From the NCBI GenBank assembly GCA_964527215.1, contig CAZGNZ010000012.1, forward strand, positions 1,025 through 65,024: a stretch of 64,000 nucleotides of DNA, given 5' to 3'. This DNA comes from an uncultured bacterium (GTDB taxonomy: Bacteria; Fidelibacterota; Marinisomatia; SCGC-AAA003-L08; JACNLC01). Positions 58,836 to 64,000 of the stretch are shown here, piece by piece. The notes under the pieces are model-generated. The model had not been told where the DNA came from and did not search any database. It worked only from the letters and a program-made list of their open reading frames with translations. The translations under genes and the position numbers were made by a program. Position 1 is the first letter of the stretch, and every line of letters starts with the position of its first letter.

Positions 58836-58947
58836 AATGAATTTCCCCGCCCGTCAGCTGACGGGACGGGGTATCATTAGTGATATAATCATTTTTCATT
58901 TCGCCGCCACGCCAAATGGCAGATTTTCAACAAGCGGCGGAAAATGC
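58836..58947 (-). repeat. dispersed structured repeat, copy D (inverted orientation, lacks the 5' ~55 nt)
   Basis: The reverse complement reads GCATTTTCCGCCGCTTGTTGAAAATCTGCCATTTGGCGTGGCGGCGAAATGAAAAATGATTATATCACTAATGATACCCCGTCCCGTCAGCTGACGGGCGGGGAAATTCATT. It differs from copy A at only a handful of positions. Confidence 0.85.
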
Positions 58948-59017
58948 GAAGCATTTTACGCATAGATATTCTCATGAAATATTCGGGACAGGGTGTAAAA
59001 AAAGTGAGGAGGGAATT

Positions 59018-59563
59018 ATGAAAATACTCAAAATAATAGGGATTTCTTTGGCCGGCCTGGCAGGTGTTGTCCTGATTGGCGGTTTGTTTGTTCCTGGACA
59101 GTATAGCGCTGAACGGCAGGTTGTTGTCAATCGGCCTGTTTCGGAGGTTTTTGACTATGTCAAATATCTTAAGAATCAGGACCTGTGGAGTGTCTGGATG
59201 CAGATGGATCCGGAAATGGAAAAAAGCTATACCGGCACGGATGGAACCGTCGGATTTATCTCGGCCTGGGAAAGCCAGAACAAGGATGTGGGTAAAGGCG
59301 AGCAGGAAATTGTTGCAATCACCGAAGGAGAGCGGATAGACTATGAACTTCGGTTTCTGGAGCCGATTGAATCCACCGATGATGCCTTTTTGATCACGCA
59401 TGCGCTGACAAATTCCAGTACTGAAATTGTCTGGGGGATCGAAGGAAAATTATCCTATCCGATGAATTTGCTGATGCTGTTTATGAACATCGATGAAATG
59501 CTCGCTGAAGATTTGTCTGAAGGTTTGTCGAATCTGAAAACAATCCTCGAGACCGCCCGTTAA
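59018..59563 (+). CDS. SRPBCC-fold (polyketide cyclase/dehydrase-like) membrane-anchored protein
   Basis: GAGGAGGG precedes ATG 59018. One N-terminal TM, then a START/SRPBCC-like pattern. The upstream part of the listed ORF lies inside repeat copy D. Confidence 0.6.
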   Translation: MKILKIIGISLAGLAGVVLIGGLFVPGQYSAERQVVVNRPVSEVFDYVKYLKNQDLWSVWMQMDPEMEKSYTGTDGTVGFISAWESQNKDVGKGEQEIVAITEGERIDYELRFLEPIESTDDAFLITHALTNSSTEIVWGIEGKLSYPMNLLMLFMNIDEMLAEDLSEGLSNLKTILETAR

Positions 59564-59784
59564 CCGGGTGGAATGGTGAGAGTGATGCGGCGTTCCTTTG
59601 CCACCTCAGCCTGAACGGCATCCGTGCCAACCGCAGATTATATTTCAGCAGGATGTCAATCCGCAATCCGTTGTAAATTAACATGCTGCCTGCATTCGGA
59701 ACAAAATAGGATTCCTGTATCCCAACATGCTTGGCAGCAAAGATTTAAGATATAGAAAAAAACGAATTTATATCAGGAAACCCT

Positions 59785-60972
59785 GTGAGTCGATTACATA
59801 TCTTCTTCCAGTTTAGACATATTCTTGGCCCGATTATCCTTTTTTGCATATGCCCGGCGCAGAATCCGTTACAGATTACGGACAATGACTTTGTGAATTA
59901 CATGCCGTCCCTGATTCAAACGCAGACCGGCCGGTTCATGATTGTGTACGAGCAGTTGGACAGCGGATTCGGCAGCGGGGATCTGCTGGTAACCATATCC
60001 TCGGACGGGATACTCTGGAGCGAACCGGAACCGATTGTTTCGGGGCCTGGAAACGATCGTCATCCGTCACTCATTCAGCTGAATGACGGCTCATTTCAGG
60101 TATATTATCTGTCGGATATAAGCGGCGGCTACCGCATCAGAATGGCCTGGTCGGAAAACGGTACTGATTGGATGGATGCAGGGGATGTGGATCTTGGCTG
60201 GCCGCAGTCCACCCAGACAATCAATCCCACCGTAATATTGGAAAGTGACGGCTCCTTGACCATGAGTTACGACATCCTCTACGGCGGCGGATATGTGTCC
60301 CATTCCGCAGACGGGGCTAGCTGGTCGGAGGACCATACCTGGGTCAGCAGCGGTGCACTGAATCGAATCATGCGGCATCAGAACGGAACCTATCTGCTCA
60401 GTTATCAGCAGCAGACGGGCAGTCAGTACTATCAAATAGACCTGTTTACACGCACTTCCCAGAATCTGACAGACTGGACGCCGGAAAATCAGGTAACATC
60501 CAATTTGAATTCCCATGATTCGTTTCCCATTCAGCTTGCCGACGGAGAATACGGATTGTTTTATGCCCGGTCGGACAATAATGCACCCTACGACCTGGTA
60601 CGGTTGGCTTCTGACGACGGCCTGAACTGGGATGACCAGGAGTATCTTTTTCCCGATCCCGGATGGGACACCCAACCTCATCCTATCCTCACTGCGGACG
60701 GTGATATCGCCCTGGCCTGGGCCAGAGGTCCCTCTCAAAATACCACGGAAGTGTTCTTTGTGCTGATCCCCGGAACCGGCAGCGATTGTGACGAGACGCC
60801 CGGTGATGTCAACGCAGACGGGATCATCAATGTGCTGGACATCATTTCCATTATAAATTTTATATTAGGGTTATCTGATCCCACGGAATGCCAGTTTTCG
60901 GCAGCGGATATGAATGGGGATCAAACACTGGATATTCTGGATATTATATTGATAGTAAACGTGATAATATAA
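59785..60972 (+). CDS. BNR/Asp-box beta-propeller (sialidase-fold) protein with C-terminal dockerin-like module
   Basis: Asp-box-like SSDGILW, SENGTDW, SADGASW and SDDGLNW. C-terminal GDVNADGIINVLDIISII...ADMNGDQTLDILDIILIV. Confidence 0.75.
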   Translation: MSRLHIFFQFRHILGPIILFCICPAQNPLQITDNDFVNYMPSLIQTQTGRFMIVYEQLDSGFGSGDLLVTISSDGILWSEPEPIVSGPGNDRHPSLIQLNDGSFQVYYLSDISGGYRIRMAWSENGTDWMDAGDVDLGWPQSTQTINPTVILESDGSLTMSYDILYGGGYVSHSADGASWSEDHTWVSSGALNRIMRHQNGTYLLSYQQQTGSQYYQIDLFTRTSQNLTDWTPENQVTSNLNSHDSFPIQLADGEYGLFYARSDNNAPYDLVRLASDDGLNWDDQEYLFPDPGWDTQPHPILTADGDIALAWARGPSQNTTEVFFVLIPGTGSDCDETPGDVNADGIINVLDIISIINFILGLSDPTECQFSAADMNGDQTLDILDIILIVNVII

Positions 60973-61034
60973 TTTTTGTAGTGAATTGGATACTTGGTTA
61001 ATTGCAATAAGACAGTCATATAAAGGAAAATCAA

Positions 61035-61754
61035 ATGAAATCATTTTTTATTGTCGGACTCATAATCATTCTGTCAGGCTGTGCCGTAATGGATACATCT
61101 GTTCTGGAAACCGCAGAGACTCTTGAGAAGGGGCATTTTGAGTTCAGCGTTGATACGGGAACCGGAATCGACCTGGCGGATGCCGTAGCGGTTTCATCAG
61201 ATGATGACCACTTTTTGGATGCCGAAGAGCTGATTCCCGCCCCGGTGATGGGATTGAATCTGGGGCTGGGTCTGGCAGATGATCTGCAGGCCAACTTCAA
61301 GACCTGGGCATCCGTTGCCGGCGGCGGCGGAAGGTTCAGCTTGAAGAACCGCCTGACAAAACCATCGGATTCAACATTCGTCTGGGCCGTGATGCCGGGG
61401 TTGAATTACCTGCGTTCTGATATCGATATGAATGACGGATACCTGGATTATGAATGTGATATTGAGGTAATCGGGTTTGAAATCCCGCTGCTGTACAGCC
61501 GCAGACTGTATTCGCATCTGGATTATTTCGGTGCATTTCGATACGGCTACGACAATATCCAGATAAACTCTATTGACGGAGAGGATATTGAGGGTGAGTA
61601 TGAACTCCATCGTTTTGGACTGTATCAGGGACTTGGGGTCCGGTTCGGCTGGCTCATATTCAGATCTGAAATTGGATTTGATACGGTGATGAATGAAGAC
61701 AGTGAGTGGGGCTTCGTCCCGACGGTCAATATGAGGGTCGGGTTGGGCGGCTAG
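61035..61754 (+). CDS. outer-membrane beta-barrel lipoprotein, function unknown
   Basis: Lipobox IILSGCA and an alternating beta-strand pattern to the C-terminus. Confidence 0.55.
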   Translation: MKSFFIVGLIIILSGCAVMDTSVLETAETLEKGHFEFSVDTGTGIDLADAVAVSSDDDHFLDAEELIPAPVMGLNLGLGLADDLQANFKTWASVAGGGGRFSLKNRLTKPSDSTFVWAVMPGLNYLRSDIDMNDGYLDYECDIEVIGFEIPLLYSRRLYSHLDYFGAFRYGYDNIQINSIDGEDIEGEYELHRFGLYQGLGVRFGWLIFRSEIGFDTVMNEDSEWGFVPTVNMRVGLGG

Positions 61755-61898
61755 ATATTTTGGATGAAGATCACCCCGTGTTCCAGATTTATTATCCTGA
61801 AAGAAATTTCACCTGACTTGCGCCGCGGCCGAATGACAGGTTGAAAATTTTCATTGAAAATTCCTGACGGGCATGTCCCGGGAAACTTTGGAGGAAAC

Positions 61899-62333
61899 AT
61901 GGCTGAATTGAAAACACAACCCCATGACGGCAGTGTGACCGAATTTCTGGATTCAGTGGACAATGAATCCCGTCGGGAAGACGCATACAGACTGCTGAAC
62001 ATGATTACCGAAGCAACCGGTGAATCGCCGGTCATGTGGGGAAGCAGCATTGTCGGATTCGGCAGGTACCGCTATCGGTACGCCAGCGGCCGAACCGGGG
62101 AGTGGTTCGTTATCGGGTTTTCACCTCGGAAATCCAACCTCACCTTGTACACCATGGGCTGTTTTTCGGAATTCAAGGAGCTGCTGAACCGTCTGGGTAA
62201 CGTCCGTTCCGGGAAAGCCTGTGTATATCTGCCCAGACTGGATAAAATCGATATTGATGTGCTGCAGGAACTGATCGAAAAATCGGTAACAGCTGCCCGA
62301 GAGCTGGATATCAGCCAGGATCAGTGTAAGTAA
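61899..62333 (+). CDS. DUF1801 (YdhG-like) domain protein
   Basis: GGAGGA precedes ATG 61899. The VTEFLDSV...RREDAYRLLNMI...PVMWGSSIVGFGRYRY pattern fits. Confidence 0.65.
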   Translation: MAELKTQPHDGSVTEFLDSVDNESRREDAYRLLNMITEATGESPVMWGSSIVGFGRYRYRYASGRTGEWFVIGFSPRKSNLTLYTMGCFSEFKELLNRLGNVRSGKACVYLPRLDKIDIDVLQELIEKSVTAARELDISQDQCK

Positions 62334-62360
62334 CCGCATTTGGAATATGGAGAAGTTTGA

Positions 62361-63962
62361 ATGAAGCTGCTGCGGCCATTGATTATATTCACAGCTGTCA
62401 TTTCTGTTATAACGTCTTCAACTCCCCAAACCGGAATGTATTTTTCCAAAGAGTCAACTGTTCTGCCGGCGGTTCCGGTATTTGAAGAAAGTCGGACACT
62501 GCTGCCAATCCCGGTACTTGAAAACAATCCGGTGTGGATTGACATGTACTGGAAGTGCTGGGAAATTGCCTTTCGCGGGATACGCAGCCCTTCACCGGGA
62601 TCTCCGTTTGTGTCAAACTGGCTTGATGAAGCATTCAGTGAGAATATATTCCAGTGGGATACAATATTCATGATGATGTTTGCCCGGTATGCACATTCGG
62701 TATTTCCTGCCATTGAATCTCTGGATAATTTCTACTGTCTTCAGCGGGAAAGCGGATTCATTGCCCGCGAGTATCGAGAAGCGGACGGTGAAATCATTCA
62801 TTTTGATTTTGACGGCGGACTTTTTTCTGAACACGGGTGGAAAAACACGATCAATCCACCTCTTTTCAGCTGGGCGGAAGTCGAATCCTACCGGCTCACA
62901 GGTGACAAATCCCGTTTCGGGATGATATTGCCTGTGCTGGAAAAATATGCCGAGTGGCTGAACCGATCCGGTGATCCTGAGGCTTTGGACTGGGAAGCAC
63001 AGGGTCGGAAATCCGTCACTGCGGTGCATCAGCTGTTCTGGAATACTCCGCTGGGCAGCGGAATGGACAATACGCCCCGACCGGCGGATAAGGGGGCCGG
63101 CTGGGTGGAAATGTCCTCGCAGATGGTGCTAATGTACAAAAGTCTGGCAATGATCTGTGATGAGTTGGGCTTCAGTGACAAGGCCCGGCGCTATCGCGAT
63201 GAAGCAGGTCGGATTGCTAATCGAATCAACCAGTGGTGCTGGAATGAAGAAGACGGATTTTATTATGATGTTCGGGCGGACGGCACTCAGTTTAAAAAGA
63301 AAACAATCGGCGGATTTTGGCCGCTGCTGGCCGAAGTTCCCAACAGCCGTCAGGCAGAGCGAATGGCAGCCCACCTCACAAATGAATCAGAGTTTTGGCG
63401 CAAAATGGTTTTCCCGACCCTTTCTGCCGATGAACCGGAATACCATCCCGGCGGCGGATACTGGCTGGGATCCGTGTGGGCACCTACCAATGTCATGGTT
63501 ATCAAGGGACTGGAAAAATACGGATATCATGATTTGGCGGCAGCGGCAGCTGATAACTATCTCCACGGTATGGCGCACGTGTTTGAATTGACCAATACAG
63601 TCTATGAAAATTATGCGCCGGATTCTTTTGAACCGGGTGATCCGGCATTGGCTGATTTTGTGGGCTGGTCCGGCTGCGGACCCATCCAGCTGCTGATTGA
63701 AAATGTCATCGGACTGCAGCCTGACGCGGCAGACCGCACTCTGGCCTGGCACCTGAGACGTACAGACCGGCATGGGATTCAGCAGTTGCAGTTGGGACAG
63801 AATAGGATTTCAGTGATTTGCGCTGCCAGAAGCACCCCGGAATCGCCGGCGGATATCCACGTGGAATGTCAGCATCCATTTACACTGATTGTCATCCACC
63901 CGTCAGGAACGCGGCCATATCATTTTGAATCGGGTTCTCATCAGGTTACAGTGGATTGGTAA
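62361..63962 (+). CDS. (alpha/alpha)6-barrel glycoside hydrolase (GH63 / trehalase-like)
   Basis: Signal peptide. FQWDTIFMMMF, GFWPLLA and GGYWLGSVWAPTNVMVIKGL are typical of the GH37/GH63/MGH1-like clan. Confidence 0.7.
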   Translation: MKLLRPLIIFTAVISVITSSTPQTGMYFSKESTVLPAVPVFEESRTLLPIPVLENNPVWIDMYWKCWEIAFRGIRSPSPGSPFVSNWLDEAFSENIFQWDTIFMMMFARYAHSVFPAIESLDNFYCLQRESGFIAREYREADGEIIHFDFDGGLFSEHGWKNTINPPLFSWAEVESYRLTGDKSRFGMILPVLEKYAEWLNRSGDPEALDWEAQGRKSVTAVHQLFWNTPLGSGMDNTPRPADKGAGWVEMSSQMVLMYKSLAMICDELGFSDKARRYRDEAGRIANRINQWCWNEEDGFYYDVRADGTQFKKKTIGGFWPLLAEVPNSRQAERMAAHLTNESEFWRKMVFPTLSADEPEYHPGGGYWLGSVWAPTNVMVIKGLEKYGYHDLAAAAADNYLHGMAHVFELTNTVYENYAPDSFEPGDPALADFVGWSGCGPIQLLIENVIGLQPDAADRTLAWHLRRTDRHGIQQLQLGQNRISVICAARSTPESPADIHVECQHPFTLIVIHPSGTRPYHFESGSHQVTVDW

Positions 63963-64000
63963 ATGCGATTAATAAATCGGACTCTCGGCTTTGCACCGAT

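Noticed and set aside
58916-59017. N-terminal extension MADFQQAAENAKHF... of the SRPBCC ORF, and the similar peptide of ORF 42335-42619
   Set aside because: Both are translations of the dispersed repeat in its two orientations. A strong SD plus ATG at 59018 gives a sensible start.

Overview
This is a 64-kb chromosomal window from a Gram-negative bacterium that looks uncultured. GC content is moderate and Shine-Dalgarno sites are used. One T9SS-type C-terminal sorting domain and three dockerin-like modules hint at an FCB-superphylum or candidate-phylum lineage; that is inference only.

Core content:
- Two tRNA-Lys genes and two tRNA-Ser genes.
- A minus-strand housekeeping run: NifS-like cysteine desulfurase, mnmA, a small OMP, a LytR_C protein, rsfS, argS and marC.
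- A TetR-MFP-RND-TolC efflux operon.
- purL, and a translationally coupled YbdK-type ligase/M20 amidohydrolase pair.
- A GH3 beta-glucosidase, a DEAD-box helicase, a GlcD-like FAD oxidase and an AI-2E transporter.
- An HD-GYP response regulator, and a coupled methyltransferase-rsgA-ANT(6) trio.
- A GH63/trehalase-like hydrolase.

Most notable observations:
1. A dispersed GC-rich structured repeat of about 90-170 nt has four clear copies (42516, 43319, 23520, and 58836 inverted) and several degenerate relics. It contains a 16-nt perfect palindrome, CCCGTCAGCTGACGGG. One copy supplies the last codons of a gene. Two copies bracket a tRNA-Ser plus a small Cys-motif gene.
2. Three secreted proteins carry dockerin-like modules and no cohesin is visible. 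They are a 1625-aa repeat adhesin (which also has a T9SS CTD), a multiheme c-type cytochrome, and a BNR propeller.
3. An AT-rich three-gene cassette sits next to tRNA-Ser(GCT): an excisionase-like HTH protein, a TPR-bPH membrane protein, and an acidic protein with 96-nt tandem repeats. No integrase is present.
4. One protein fuses a gluzincin peptidase, a PD40 propeller and an Omp85-like barrel.
5. A divergent two-DDxxD isoprenoid-synthase-like protein occurs together with two paralogous alpha/alpha-toroid proteins.

All functional calls come from motif recognition by eye. No searches were run.
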